Source: Mycolicibacterium smegmatis (GTDB lineage Bacteria; Actinomycetota; Actinomycetes; Mycobacteriales; Mycobacteriaceae). From it: a DNA stretch of 32,000 nt. The stretch spans positions 4,650,001 through 4,682,000 of the forward strand of contig NZ_LN831039.1 in NCBI RefSeq assembly GCF_001457595.1. Direction: 5' to 3'. Of this stretch, positions 1-9,347 are shown in pieces (position 1 is the first letter of the stretch; every line of letters starts with the position of its first letter). A model generated the notes under the pieces. It was not told the DNA's origin, made no database searches, and saw only the letters and a program-made list of their open reading frames with translations. The position numbers and the translations under genes are program-made.

Positions 1-880
1 TCGGACTCGGCGTCGATGATGGGAATCGGGTTGCCCGCATCATCGCCGTTGACATAGGATCCGGCTTCGCATCGAGCACCGGCCGCTCGGCGAACACGTA
101 CACCATGGTGTTGGCCGCTCGCGGATCCGTCCCGGCGGCCGGGCAGTCGGGACTGGCGCACAGGCACGCCAGCCGATCCCCACCGACGGCAATCACGCCC
201 ATCGCATCCGAACGTCGCTGCCCCGCTGTCCGCGGATCATCGACGCAGACCCCGGCCACCAATTGCGCGATCCTCTTCAGGTACGCCTCTCTGTCGGTGA
301 CGAGCACTCGCCCGTATATCGATGCCGTCCCCGTCTCGTCATCCGGCTTACCGAACCGGACGTCACGATCCCGCGCCGCCTGCCTGGTGCGCCGCACCGC
401 GGCCGGATCGTACTTCTCCAACAGGCTGTCGACACTGCGCTCCAACGCGACCACCGACATCGGCCCGAACTCATGAACGCGCGACGCCAGCTCTGCATCC
501 ACGACCGCCCACACCCGCGCATCGGTCACCAGCTGCGTCCGCCACGTCAACGTCTCCACCACCCGCGTACTCACCGCGCCCCGGGCGAACAACGCCGCCA
601 CCCGCGGCAATCGCTCACGCAACGCCTCGGCGATCCGCATCTCCTTGGACGCCGCCCGGTGCCCGATGTTCATCGCTGCGCCCACCTCAGCAGCCGTAGC
701 GTCCCAGTCATCACAGGCCCACGACACCACCGCGTCCTCCGAGGGCGCCGCTCGACGCGATGCCAGTTCAGCGATGAACGCCAACCGCCGCGCCGCAGCC
801 GCCGACTCCGCGCGCGACTCAACCTCGATACCGGCAACCAGTGCCTGATCGTCGAGGTCTTCGAACATACGTTCGATCAT
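1..880 (-). CDS. DUF222 / REP13E12-type HNH-endonuclease family protein, N-terminal part (3' end runs off the window)
   Basis: Absent from the ORF track because it has no in-window stop. My reverse-strand translation from the ATG (complement of 878..880) reads [43 protein letters not shown]...[48 protein letters not shown]...[25 protein letters not shown]...[10 protein letters not shown], with no stop down to position 1. This is the typical N-terminal DUF222 architecture of mycobacterial 13E12-repeat proteins. The overlapping plus-strand ORFs are Arg/Pro-rich shadows. Confidence 0.75.
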   Translation of the reverse strand, partial: MIERMFEDLDDQALVAGIEVESRAESAAAARRLAFIAELASRRAAPSEDAVVSWACDDWDATAAEVGAAMNIGHRAASKEMRIAEALRERLPRVAALFARGAVSTRVVETLTWRTQLVTDARVWAVVDAELASRVHEFGPMSVVALERSVDSLLEKYDPAAVRRTRQAARDRDVRFGKPDDETGTASIYGRVLVTDREAYLKRIAQLVAGVCVDDPRTAGQRRSDAMGVIAVGGDRLACLCASPDCPAAGTDPRAANTMVYVFAERPVLDAKPDPMSTAMMRATRFPSSTPSP

Positions 881-977
881 GCCAGAGGCCACCGACAAGC
901 AGCGTGCCCGCCAAAGAGCCTGCCCGACTCGTCGGTTTCCGGCGTGTCCGATGGCCCGAATTGGTACCAAGGACAGC

Positions 978-1838
978 ATGATCGAGGTCACCCTGCTGGG
1001 AACCGGAAGTCCCATCCCCGATCCCGACCGGGCCGGACCGTCGACGATGGTCCGCGCAGGCGGGCAGACGTTCCTCGTCGACTGCGGCCGTGGTGTACTG
1101 CAGCGACTGGCGGCCGCCGGGTCGTCAGCCTCGCAGCTCAGCGCGCTGCTCCTGACACACCTACACAGCGACCACATCGCCGATCTGGGCGACGTGATCA
1201 TCACGCGCTGGGTGAGCACGTTCACCCCCGACGCCCCACCATTGCCGATCATCGGCCCGCCGGGAACCGCGGAGGTCGTCGAAGCCACGCTCAAGGCATT
1301 CGGACACGACATCGGCTACCGCATCGCCCACCACGACGACCTCACCGCGCCCCCACCGGTGGAGGTCCACGAACACACCGAGGGCGTGGTGTGGGATCGC
1401 GACGGTGTGGTGATCCGCGTGGGCCCCACCGACCACCGGCCCGTGACGCCGACGATCGCCTTCCGTGTCGAGCACGCGGACGCATCGGTGGTGGCGGCCG
1501 GTGACAGCGTGCCGTGCGCGACACTCGACGCCCTGGCCACCGGAGCGGGGGCCCTCATCCACACCGTGATTCGCAAAGACATCATCGAAACGCTTCCGCA
1601 GCAACGCATCCGCGACATCTGCGACTACCACTCGTCGGTGCAGGAGGCCGCGGCCACCGCGGCGCGGGCCGGGGTCGGCATCCTGATCCTCACCCACTAC
1701 GTCCCGGCCATCGCCCCAGGCACCGAGGACCAGTGGCGAGAACTGGCGGCCACCGAGTTCGACCGGCAGATCGAGGTCGGCGCGGATCTGCACCGCGTGG
1801 AAGTGCACCCGGGCGTGTGCGTCAAGCCGGTCGGGTGA
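978..1838 (+). CDS. MBL-fold metallo-hydrolase, ribonuclease Z-like (resembles M. tuberculosis Rv2407)
   Basis: Internal ATG at 978, preceded by AAGGA, gives [22 protein letters not shown]...FLVDCGRG. The HxHxDH metal motif is present (LTHLHSDH). The upstream 33 codons of the 879 ORF overlap the DUF222 gene start and look non-coding. Confidence 0.8.
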   Translation: MIEVTLLGTGSPIPDPDRAGPSTMVRAGGQTFLVDCGRGVLQRLAAAGSSASQLSALLLTHLHSDHIADLGDVIITRWVSTFTPDAPPLPIIGPPGTAEVVEATLKAFGHDIGYRIAHHDDLTAPPPVEVHEHTEGVVWDRDGVVIRVGPTDHRPVTPTIAFRVEHADASVVAAGDSVPCATLDALATGAGALIHTVIRKDIIETLPQQRIRDICDYHSSVQEAAATAARAGVGILILTHYVPAIAPGTEDQWRELAATEFDRQIEVGADLHRVEVHPGVCVKPVG

Positions 1839-3338
1839 TCAGGCCGGAGAGAGCATCTTGTGCACCGTGAGCGCAACGGTGATCGGCAGCAGGTGTTGCG
1901 GATCCCCGAGGTCCGCGCCGGTAAGGCGCTCGATCCGCTCAAGGCGGTAGTACAGCGACTGCCGTCGCAGGTGGAGCCGTTTGGCGGCCTCCGCCTTGCT
2001 GCCGTTGCAGGAGATCAGCACCTCAAGTGTGTGAATGAGATGCCCGCCCTTGTCACTGTCCGCCTCGAGCAGCACCCCGATCTGGTCATCGACGAACTGC
2101 CGCAACACCTCCCGGTCTCCGAAACCGTTGAGCAGACGCTGCAGTGACAGCTCCTGCACGCCGATCACCGGCTCGAAGAGATGCAGATCCTGCCCCAACG
2201 AGAGAGTTCCGTAAGTATCCGTCATCGCCCGCGGCAGATCGGCGACGTCCCGCACGACACGGCCGACCGCAACGCAGGCCTGGCGCTGACCGCGCAATGC
2301 CCCGTCGACCGCTCGGCGCACATCTTCCGCAAGATTCCGGGAACTCTCATCTCGGGGACGAGTGACCAACGCACACAACCGACCTGCCACCACACCGAAG
2401 ATTCCGTGCCCGCACTGACGGATGGCGGCATCGACCATGCCCTCGGCGCTACGGACGCGATGCGTATCCACGGCGATGCAGACATATTCGTGGCCGGCAA
2501 CCGGCAGACCGGCTGCCTGCATCCTGGCCTGGAGCACCCCCCTGGCGACCGATCGGTTTCCGACGAGTTGCTCGAGCAGGATCTGCTGAGTGCGCAGCGC
2601 ACCCGCGAGATCTTTGTGTTCACGGATCAGACAGAGTCCGAGCACCGTCGGCGCCCGATCGAGCACAGCTTCACCGAGAAGCTCTGGGGCACCAGCGGTT
2701 CCGATAACCAGCCGCCCCCACGCGACCCCGTCCACCAACACCGGCGCATCAGCGCTCGGACCGTCACCCGGATGCATCCGGCCCGCCTCCGCGACCGTGC
2801 GCCCGGCGCGATCGAGCAACTGCGCCCAGGTGCCGAGCGAGGCGGCGACCTGTGCCAGAAGTTCCGCCAGCGACGCCCCCTTCGCCAACGCCACCGACAA
2901 CGCGCGCGACGTCTCGTCGGCGTGCCGCAAGCGAACCACCGAACGGTCGATCAGTTCACTGTTCACGGTTTCGGCGACCTCCGTGAACCTCAGGGCCGGT
3001 TTCAACTCGACAATGGTCAGACCCGTATCGCAGGCCTCGTCGACCATTTCCTCAGGCACACTGGGAAAAGTCCGCCCGACTTCGAAAAGCAATGCGGCAA
3101 TGCCGATCTCAGCGAGGCTGCGCACATATCGCCGACGCCCGGCGGCGTCGACGCTGACCAACCCGACACCGTTGGTCAACAACGCTTCACCACCTCGCAG
3201 CAGTGGGGCGATGTCGACAAGGTCCGCTGAATGCACCCAGCGCACCGGTACGTCGAGGGCGCCTGCCCCGCTGCGCACTACGGGCTCGGCGGGCCGCAGC
3301 AACGGGTGGTCGAGTACCTCTCGCACACTCAAGCTCAT
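1839..3338 (-). CDS. PucR family transcriptional regulator
   Basis: 499 aa. N-terminus MSLSVREVLDHPLL...VRWVHSADL is PucR/PurC-like. The C-terminal HTH is GSKAEAAKRLHLRRQSLYYRLERIERLTGADLGDP. It is divergent from the plus-strand operon that starts at 3442. Confidence 0.85.
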   Translation of the reverse strand: MSLSVREVLDHPLLRPAEPVVRSGAGALDVPVRWVHSADLVDIAPLLRGGEALLTNGVGLVSVDAAGRRRYVRSLAEIGIAALLFEVGRTFPSVPEEMVDEACDTGLTIVELKPALRFTEVAETVNSELIDRSVVRLRHADETSRALSVALAKGASLAELLAQVAASLGTWAQLLDRAGRTVAEAGRMHPGDGPSADAPVLVDGVAWGRLVIGTAGAPELLGEAVLDRAPTVLGLCLIREHKDLAGALRTQQILLEQLVGNRSVARGVLQARMQAAGLPVAGHEYVCIAVDTHRVRSAEGMVDAAIRQCGHGIFGVVAGRLCALVTRPRDESSRNLAEDVRRAVDGALRGQRQACVAVGRVVRDVADLPRAMTDTYGTLSLGQDLHLFEPVIGVQELSLQRLLNGFGDREVLRQFVDDQIGVLLEADSDKGGHLIHTLEVLISCNGSKAEAAKRLHLRRQSLYYRLERIERLTGADLGDPQHLLPITVALTVHKMLSPA

Positions 3339-3371
3339 GGACAGAATGTCTCACAAATCAGCGCGGTTTTT

Positions 3372-3393
3372 CTGACAAAGCGTCCGTTGTCAG
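3372..3393. promoter_or_regulatory. Perfect 7-bp inverted repeat CTGACAA-N8-TTGTCAG in the divergent PucR/deacetylase intergenic region (candidate operator)
   Basis: Read directly: ctgacaa (3372-3378), agcgtccg, ttgtcag (3387-3393). Each arm reads TTGTCA (a -35-like hexamer) on its own strand. On the plus strand, TTGTCA (3387-3392) is followed 18 nt later by CATTCT (3411-3416), a possible weak -10. Confidence 0.3.
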
Positions 3394-3441
3394 CAGGGTG
3401 CTGCGCACACCATTCTTGCCTCCACGACTTCGAACAGGAGA

Positions 3442-4359
3442 GTGATGGCTCCCGAGCAATCCCCCGAACAACCGACATCGGAATACGCCGGTGCCAACAG
3501 TTGGCGTGGCGACGCCGCCGCGGTCGCCATGCTGACCTTTGCCGTGGATGGCGTCACGCCCGTCCTTGCAGCGGGCCGCAGGCACGCCGACAATGCGATG
3601 GCGATAACGCACCAACAGTTCGACGCCAGGCGCGGCGTGCCGAGACTGTTGAGCATCCTCGACGAATTCGGCATCAAGGCAACCTTCTTCGTCCCCGGTC
3701 TGTCCGCAGAACTCTGGCCCGGCGTGGTCACGGCCATCACCGAACATGGCCACGACATCGCGCACCACAGCTATTCGCACCGCCCCGCGACCGGTCTCTC
3801 GGCGATCGAGGAGCGCATCGAATTCGAGCGCGGCTGCGAGGCTTTGGCCGCCCTGGGCATCAGTGCCAGTGGATACCGGTCACCGATGTGGGCCGCGACC
3901 TGGAACAGTGCGGAACTGGCAGTGGAGCACGGCCTCACCTACGACACGAGCCTCATGGACGACGACCGTCCCTACATCATCGAGACCGATCGCGGGCCCC
4001 TCGTGGAGCTGCCGCCGCACTGGTCGCTGGACGACTGGGAGCAGTATGCATACCTGCCCGAACCACACCTCGGCTACGTGATCGAACCACCGGAGAAGGC
4101 GCTGTCCTTGTGGACCGCCGAACTCGACGGCCTGCGCGAATTCGGAGGGCTGTTCCAGTTGACCGCGCACTCGTTCCTGTCCGGCCGGGCCGGGCGGGCC
4201 CGCAACCTCCGACGAATGATCGAAATCATCTGTGAGCGTGGCGATGTCGCGTTCATGACTGGAACTCAACTCCGCGACGCCGTACTGGCCGACCCGACAG
4301 TCGAACGCCGCAAGCTGGATCGTCTCACCGTCGACCCAGCCGTATATCCGAACTGGTGA
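3442..4359 (+). CDS. Polysaccharide deacetylase (NodB-homology) family hydrolase, possibly PuuE-like
   Basis: NodB motifs are present: TFAVDG, HHSYSH, YRSPMW. The GTG at 3442 or ATG at 3445 is preceded by CAGGAGAG. Confidence 0.85.
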   Translation: MMAPEQSPEQPTSEYAGANSWRGDAAAVAMLTFAVDGVTPVLAAGRRHADNAMAITHQQFDARRGVPRLLSILDEFGIKATFFVPGLSAELWPGVVTAITEHGHDIAHHSYSHRPATGLSAIEERIEFERGCEALAALGISASGYRSPMWAATWNSAELAVEHGLTYDTSLMDDDRPYIIETDRGPLVELPPHWSLDDWEQYAYLPEPHLGYVIEPPEKALSLWTAELDGLREFGGLFQLTAHSFLSGRAGRARNLRRMIEIICERGDVAFMTGTQLRDAVLADPTVERRKLDRLTVDPAVYPNW

Positions 4360-4372
4360 TTGGAGCGAACAC

Positions 4373-5287
4373 GTGACCACACTCGTGACAGGCGGGCGAG
4401 GCTTCGTCGGCCGCCACCTCGTCAACCAAATGCTCGACGCCGGCGAGACCGTCGTCAGTTACAACCGCGACTACGCCGTCGACGACCGACCCGGGCTGAC
4501 CGTGGTCCAGGGTGAATTGTTCGACATCCCCCGACTGGTCGACACACTGCAGCGGCACCGCGTCGAACGCATCATCCACACGGCAGGACAAAGTCACCCG
4601 GGCGTGTCCGTGGAACTGCCGGTCACCACGTTCGCGGCCAATGCCGAAGGCACACTGTCGGTTTACGAATGCGCACGCATGGCAGGTATCGCCAGGGTGG
4701 TCAACTTCTCATCCGAATGCGCACTGGGCAATCTCCGGCCCGACGGACTGCTCACAGAAGACGTCCGACCACAGCCGACAACGGTGTACGGGGTCACCAA
4801 GGTCACCGGTGAACTTCTCGGCACGGTCTACAACGACCTCTACGACATGCAGATCGTCTCGCTGCGGGTCACCGAGGTCTACGGCCCCGGCCTGTGGATG
4901 CCCAGCCTTCTCGGCGACATGATCCGCGCGGGACTGACCGGCCGAGAGTTCCGCCTGGAGTCCGGCGCCGACCATCCGTTCCAATTCGTGCACGTCGAGG
5001 ACGTCGCGACCGCCGCTCGCCTTGCCGCCGCGGCGTCCCCCCTGACGCAACAGGCGTACAACATCTCCGGAGGGAGCCAGGTCACTGTCGCCGACACCGC
5101 CGCACTGGTGCAGAAATACCTGCCGGAAGCCAAGTTCGACATCGGGCCGGGATTTCTTCCGCAGTGGGACCGGACCGCCGAGTTCGACCTGACGGCGGCG
5201 TCACGAGATCTCGGCTACCGACCGGCCTGGGAGCTCGACCGCGGCGTCGAGGCACTCATCGAGTGGATTGCGGGAGGCGAGCGATGA
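4373..5287 (+). CDS. NAD-dependent epimerase/dehydratase (extended SDR)
   Basis: Rossmann motif VTGGRGFVGRHL, catalytic YGVTK (YxxxK), GTG start preceded by GGAG. Confidence 0.85.
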   Translation: MTTLVTGGRGFVGRHLVNQMLDAGETVVSYNRDYAVDDRPGLTVVQGELFDIPRLVDTLQRHRVERIIHTAGQSHPGVSVELPVTTFAANAEGTLSVYECARMAGIARVVNFSSECALGNLRPDGLLTEDVRPQPTTVYGVTKVTGELLGTVYNDLYDMQIVSLRVTEVYGPGLWMPSLLGDMIRAGLTGREFRLESGADHPFQFVHVEDVATAARLAAAASPLTQQAYNISGGSQVTVADTAALVQKYLPEAKFDIGPGFLPQWDRTAEFDLTAASRDLGYRPAWELDRGVEALIEWIAGGER

Positions 5288-6096
5288 GCGGCAGGCGCCG
5301 CGTCGCGGTGGTCACGGGCGCGGCGTCGGGCATCGGCCTCGCGACTGCTTCTGTCCTGGCCCGTGACGGCGCCGATGTGGCGTTGTTCTCACGCCCGCAG
5401 GACGATTTCGGCCCCGCCGAGCGCCTCGTCGCACAGAACGGCGGTCGCGCTCTCCCCCTGGGCCTGGACATCGGTGACCGAGAGGCCGTCACAGAGGCGT
5501 TCGACAAGGTCGAAGCCGACCTTGGGCCGATCGACCTGGTGCACAACAACGCGGGCATCTCGATCGTGGCACCCCTTGTCGAGACCACCGACGACATGTT
5601 CGATCAGCTGATCCGGACCAACCTTGCCGGATCCTTCTACACACTGCGCGAGGCGGCGCGCGTCATGCAGCCACGCCGGCGCGGCGCAATCGTCAACACC
5701 GCTTCCGAACTGGCCATCATCGGCCAGGCCGGCTACGTGGCCTATACCGCCACCAAGGGCGCAATCCTCGCGATGACGCGTAGTGCGGCGGCCGAACTGT
5801 CCTCGTGGGGGATCCGGGTCAACGCGGTGTGTCCCGGCACCACAAGGACGCCGATGTTCCTGGCCGAGTTCGACGGTGCCACCGACCCCGCGGCCGAGCT
5901 CGCCGACAACGAGGCGAGCGTGGCCATGGGCCGGATCGCCGAACCGCGGGAAATCGCCGAAGCCGTCGCGTTCCTGCTTTCCGATCGTGCCGGATACATC
6001 ACCGGCACCCACGTGGTTGCCGATGGCGGCCGCACCACCTGCATCCCAGTCGGCACCATCGGCGTTGCTGCGCAACAACACTCATCGAAACGGTAG
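5284..6096 (+). CDS. SDR family oxidoreductase (classical short-chain dehydrogenase)
   Basis: Internal ATG at 5284 forms an ATGA overlap with the upstream stop. Motifs: VVTGAASGIGLA, HNNAGI, YTATK. The N-terminal 130 codons of the 4894 ORF are an Arg-rich shadow inside the epimerase gene. Confidence 0.9.
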   Translation: MSGRRRVAVVTGAASGIGLATASVLARDGADVALFSRPQDDFGPAERLVAQNGGRALPLGLDIGDREAVTEAFDKVEADLGPIDLVHNNAGISIVAPLVETTDDMFDQLIRTNLAGSFYTLREAARVMQPRRRGAIVNTASELAIIGQAGYVAYTATKGAILAMTRSAAAELSSWGIRVNAVCPGTTRTPMFLAEFDGATDPAAELADNEASVAMGRIAEPREIAEAVAFLLSDRAGYITGTHVVADGGRTTCIPVGTIGVAAQQHSSKR

Positions 6097-6108
6097 AGAG
6101 GCACCGAT

Positions 6109-7524
6109 ATGACCAAACCCGACGCACCGCCCGTCGAGCGCGACACCCGGACTCGGCTCGAACAGCTGGGCTACAAACAGTCCCTCAAACGCCGCCTCAA
6201 CGTCGCCGAGGTTGTGGGATTGGCGATGGCGGACGTCTCGCCCACGATGGCCGTACTGTTCCTGTCCGCAGGCGTGTTCTTCGTCGGTGGCACCTTCTCG
6301 ATCGGCGCGGGCTTGATCTTGTCGGCCGTCGTCGTGCTCATAGCCCTGTGTCTGGCTGAACTTGCCGCGATGTTCCCGATCGCAGGCGGCATGTACTCAC
6401 TGGTGCAGAAGATCCTGCCGGGCCCGTTCGCCTGGGTCACGATGTTCAACTACCTGATTCAGGGAATCGTCATCCCGGCCAGCATCGCGCTGGGCATGGT
6501 CGCATTCTTGAAGGATCTGTTCCCCGCGCTCACGATGCCCGACCCTGTCCTGGCTGTCATCCTGCTGGCGGTCGCCACCGCCGTCGCACTCACCACGGTC
6601 GAGGTCGGTGCATGGGTGACCGCGATCATGGTCGTCGTCGAGTTGGCCGTCCTCGGCATCATCACGGTCGCCGCGTTTGCGCAGCCCCATCAGTCGATCG
6701 CCGAGGTGACCTTCCACCCGACGGTGCTCAGCAATGGCGAACTCATCGGCGTCGGCTTCGGGGTGATGCTCGCGACGCTGGCACCTGCCTTCAATGTGAT
6801 CAACGGTTACGACGCGTCATTGGGCTTCGCCGAAGAACTCAAGGGCGGCGAGCGCAAGATCGGTAAGGCAGTTGTCATCTCTGCGGTCCTGGCCTGTGTG
6901 TTCATCATGGTTCCGCTGACCGCCGCGGTGATCGCCGCCCCCGACCTCAAAGAGTTCTTCGAAGCCCCCTCTCCGGTGGTGTATTCGGTGGAGGCGTCCC
7001 TCGGCTCGAAAGCGGGCGCCATCGTCGACATAGGCGCCACCATCGCTTTGTTCAACGGAATGCTGGCGCTGCTCATGTATTTCGCGCGCGGTGTCTACAC
7101 CACTGGACGCGACCAGGCCTGGCCGCCTGCCGTCAACAGGTTGGTCGGCAAACTCAACCGCTTCCGCGCACCCGGCGCCGGGGTCATGGTGCTGGCTGTC
7201 CCCGCCGCGGTCCTGGTGTTCACCTCCGCGCTGAACTTCCTGATCCTCTTCGCCGGCACGGTGATCGCCGCGGTGTACTTCTGCATCGGACTGGCCGCGC
7301 TCTGGAGTCGCCGCAGCATGCCCGATGAGCCCCGGCCCTTCAAGATGCCGTTGTGGCCGGTGCCACCACTGATCGTCGTCATCTTCACCGGAGTCGCACT
7401 CGGCATGCAAGAGACCGACTATCTCATCGCCGAACTCATCTTGATCTGCCTGGCACTGGCGTGCTGGGCCGGATCGAAGCGATGGTCGCGCCCCGCCGCA
7501 CGTGATCATGACGTCGACGCCTGA
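6109..7524 (+). CDS. APC superfamily amino acid / polyamine-type permease
   Basis: 471 aa and strongly hydrophobic, with about 12 predicted helices by eye. Typical APC N-terminus (LKRRLNVAEVVGLAMADVSPT). GAGAGG RBS before the ATG. Confidence 0.85.
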   Translation: MTKPDAPPVERDTRTRLEQLGYKQSLKRRLNVAEVVGLAMADVSPTMAVLFLSAGVFFVGGTFSIGAGLILSAVVVLIALCLAELAAMFPIAGGMYSLVQKILPGPFAWVTMFNYLIQGIVIPASIALGMVAFLKDLFPALTMPDPVLAVILLAVATAVALTTVEVGAWVTAIMVVVELAVLGIITVAAFAQPHQSIAEVTFHPTVLSNGELIGVGFGVMLATLAPAFNVINGYDASLGFAEELKGGERKIGKAVVISAVLACVFIMVPLTAAVIAAPDLKEFFEAPSPVVYSVEASLGSKAGAIVDIGATIALFNGMLALLMYFARGVYTTGRDQAWPPAVNRLVGKLNRFRAPGAGVMVLAVPAAVLVFTSALNFLILFAGTVIAAVYFCIGLAALWSRRSMPDEPRPFKMPLWPVPPLIVVIFTGVALGMQETDYLIAELILICLALACWAGSKRWSRPAARDHDVDA

Positions 7525-7561
7525 ACGCGACACACCAGGAGAAATCGGGAAGGAGCCCCCC

Positions 7562-8350
7562 GTGGTCACCGAAACCAGGACCACCCTCTACCAGAACCTG
7601 ACCTGGCCAGAGATTTCCGAGGCTGCGCACGACGGAACACCTGTCGTCATTCCCATCGGGGCCACCGAACAGCACGGGCATCACCTTCCGGTGTGCACAG
7701 ACTGGGTGCTGCCCGAACGCATCCTGCTGGAGGCCAGCAGGCACCGGCACTTCCTGGTCGGCCCGTTCATCCCGTTCGGGTACCGGAGCAGACCGGGAAG
7801 TGGTGGCGGGCAGCATATCCCGGGTACGGTATCGCTGCGGGCGACCACCTTCATGTCCATGTTGGAAGATGTTCTCGGCGAACTGATCCGCACCGGGTTC
7901 ACCAAGATCGTGTTGTACAACTGGCATTTCGAGAACAGCGGCTTCGTCTACGAGCCGGCGTTCATGGTCAGTGATCGGCACCCGGACGTGAAGATCGTCG
8001 TCATCGAGGATGTCAATCCGGAGTACACCCCTGAGCGGGTGGGACAGATCTGGCCGGACGAGTTCCCAGGTCTGGCATTGGAACACGCCGCGGTGATCGA
8101 GACCTCCTTGTGGATGCATCACTGTCCGGATCTGGTGCGCATCGGCGGCATCGCACCTGATCGCCCGCAACGTGTGGTCAACCACGATGTCCTCCCGATC
8201 GACCACAGGCTGTCCACCGCAAGCGGCGCGCTGTCCTCGCCGGTGCCCGCATCCGCCGACAAAGGCAAGCTGCTGACACAGTGGTTCGTCGAGCGGATCC
8301 TGAATGTGTTGGCGGACGAGTTTCCCACCACTGCCGGCGCAACAGGATGA
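7562..8350 (+). CDS. Creatininase (creatinine amidohydrolase) family protein
   Basis: Family signature VVIPIGATEQHGHHLPVCTDW. I prefer the GTG at 7562 because GGAAGGAG lies 7-8 nt upstream. The ATG at 7502, overlapping the permease by 23 nt, is the alternative. Confidence 0.85.
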   Translation: MVTETRTTLYQNLTWPEISEAAHDGTPVVIPIGATEQHGHHLPVCTDWVLPERILLEASRHRHFLVGPFIPFGYRSRPGSGGGQHIPGTVSLRATTFMSMLEDVLGELIRTGFTKIVLYNWHFENSGFVYEPAFMVSDRHPDVKIVVIEDVNPEYTPERVGQIWPDEFPGLALEHAAVIETSLWMHHCPDLVRIGGIAPDRPQRVVNHDVLPIDHRLSTASGALSSPVPASADKGKLLTQWFVERILNVLADEFPTTAGATG

Positions 8351-9300
8351 CCGCGGGCCCGATCGGGGCGGTGCCTGCCACCGAGGTCCCCAGATACGCA
8401 GGAAAAGCGACCTTCGCCAGGATCGCCGACATCCACGAAGTCGCCGACTATGACATCGCGATCCTCGGAGTGCCGTTCGATGGCGGAACGTCCTACCGAC
8501 CGGGTGCCCGATTCGGGCCGATGGCCGTACGGCAGGCCGCCAGAACACTCCGCCCGGACTTCCACGTCGAGTTAGGTGTCGCACCACTGCGGACCGTGCA
8601 GGTCGTCGACGCCGGGGACGTGACGGTCACGCCATATGACATCGAGACCGCGTGCACGCAGATCCAGGCACACGCCACCGAGATCCTCGGCGGCGCCGAC
8701 CGCAGGATCATCTCCATCGGCGGTGACCACACCATCGCACTGCCGAACCTACGAGCGTTGCACGCGGGTCACGGTCCGGTCGCCCTCGTACACTTCGACG
8801 CCCACCTGGACACCTGGGACACCTACTTCGCCGCGCCCGTCACCCACGGCACCATTTTCCGCAGAGCCTTCGAAGAGGGCCTCCTGGTCGAGGACCACTC
8901 GATCCACATCGGTATCCGAGGCCCGATCTATGACCGCGCGGACCTCGACGACGACGCCAGAATGGGGTTCCGGATCATCCGGGCGGGCGACCTGGACGTC
9001 GTCGGCATCGACGCCGCGGTCGACGCCGTGAAGCGTCGTGTCGGTGACACGCCGGTCTACCTGTCGGTGGACATCGACGTCCTCGACCCGGCGTTCGCCC
9101 CCGGGACGGGAACCCCCGAGTCCGGTGGACTGAGCGCTCGCGAATTGCTCGGCATGCTTCGGCGACTCAACGGCCTGAACCTGGTGGGCGCCGATGTTGT
9201 CGAGGTGGCTCCGGCCTACGACCACGCAGAGATCACGTCTGTCGCCGCCGCAACAGTGGTGTTCGATCTCGTTTCCCTGATGGTGAGAGGGTCCGGGTGA
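8347..9300 (+). CDS. Ureohydrolase (arginase/agmatinase/guanidino-acid hydrolase) family protein
   Basis: Mn-binding motifs GGDHTIALP, HFDAHLDTWD and SVDIDVLDPAFAPGTGTPESGGLS. The ATG at 8347 forms an ATGA overlap with the creatininase stop. Confidence 0.9.
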   Translation: MTAGPIGAVPATEVPRYAGKATFARIADIHEVADYDIAILGVPFDGGTSYRPGARFGPMAVRQAARTLRPDFHVELGVAPLRTVQVVDAGDVTVTPYDIETACTQIQAHATEILGGADRRIISIGGDHTIALPNLRALHAGHGPVALVHFDAHLDTWDTYFAAPVTHGTIFRRAFEEGLLVEDHSIHIGIRGPIYDRADLDDDARMGFRIIRAGDLDVVGIDAAVDAVKRRVGDTPVYLSVDIDVLDPAFAPGTGTPESGGLSARELLGMLRRLNGLNLVGADVVEVAPAYDHAEITSVAAATVVFDLVSLMVRGSG

Positions 9301-9347
9301 GCCGGGTGATCACGTCCGCCGTGAGTGCGGATCACGCGATGTGACAT

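Noticed and set aside
1-60. Apparent shift of best coding frame in the last 55 nt or so of the DUF222 gene (possible frameshift or pseudogene)
   Set aside because: The evidence is third-position GC over fewer than 20 codons at the very edge of the window, and no stop codon interrupts either frame. That is insufficient to call a pseudogene.
263-1504. 413-aa plus-strand ORF, with companions at 105-476 and 322-699, overlapping the DUF222 and MBL hydrolase genes
   Set aside because: Extremely Arg/Pro/His-rich with no recognisable motif. It is a typical alternative-frame shadow in high-GC DNA. The opposite strand (1-880) and the frame starting at 978 carry clear family signatures.
9306-9335. Imperfect hairpin (gtgat..ccgc / gcgg atcac) and the palindrome GTGATCAC just after the ureohydrolase stop, considered as a terminator between the two plus-strand operons
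   Set aside because: The stem is interrupted by a 5-nt one-sided bulge and has only 9 bp in total, with no U-tract. It is too weak to call. It could equally be a protein-binding site, so I leave it unassigned.
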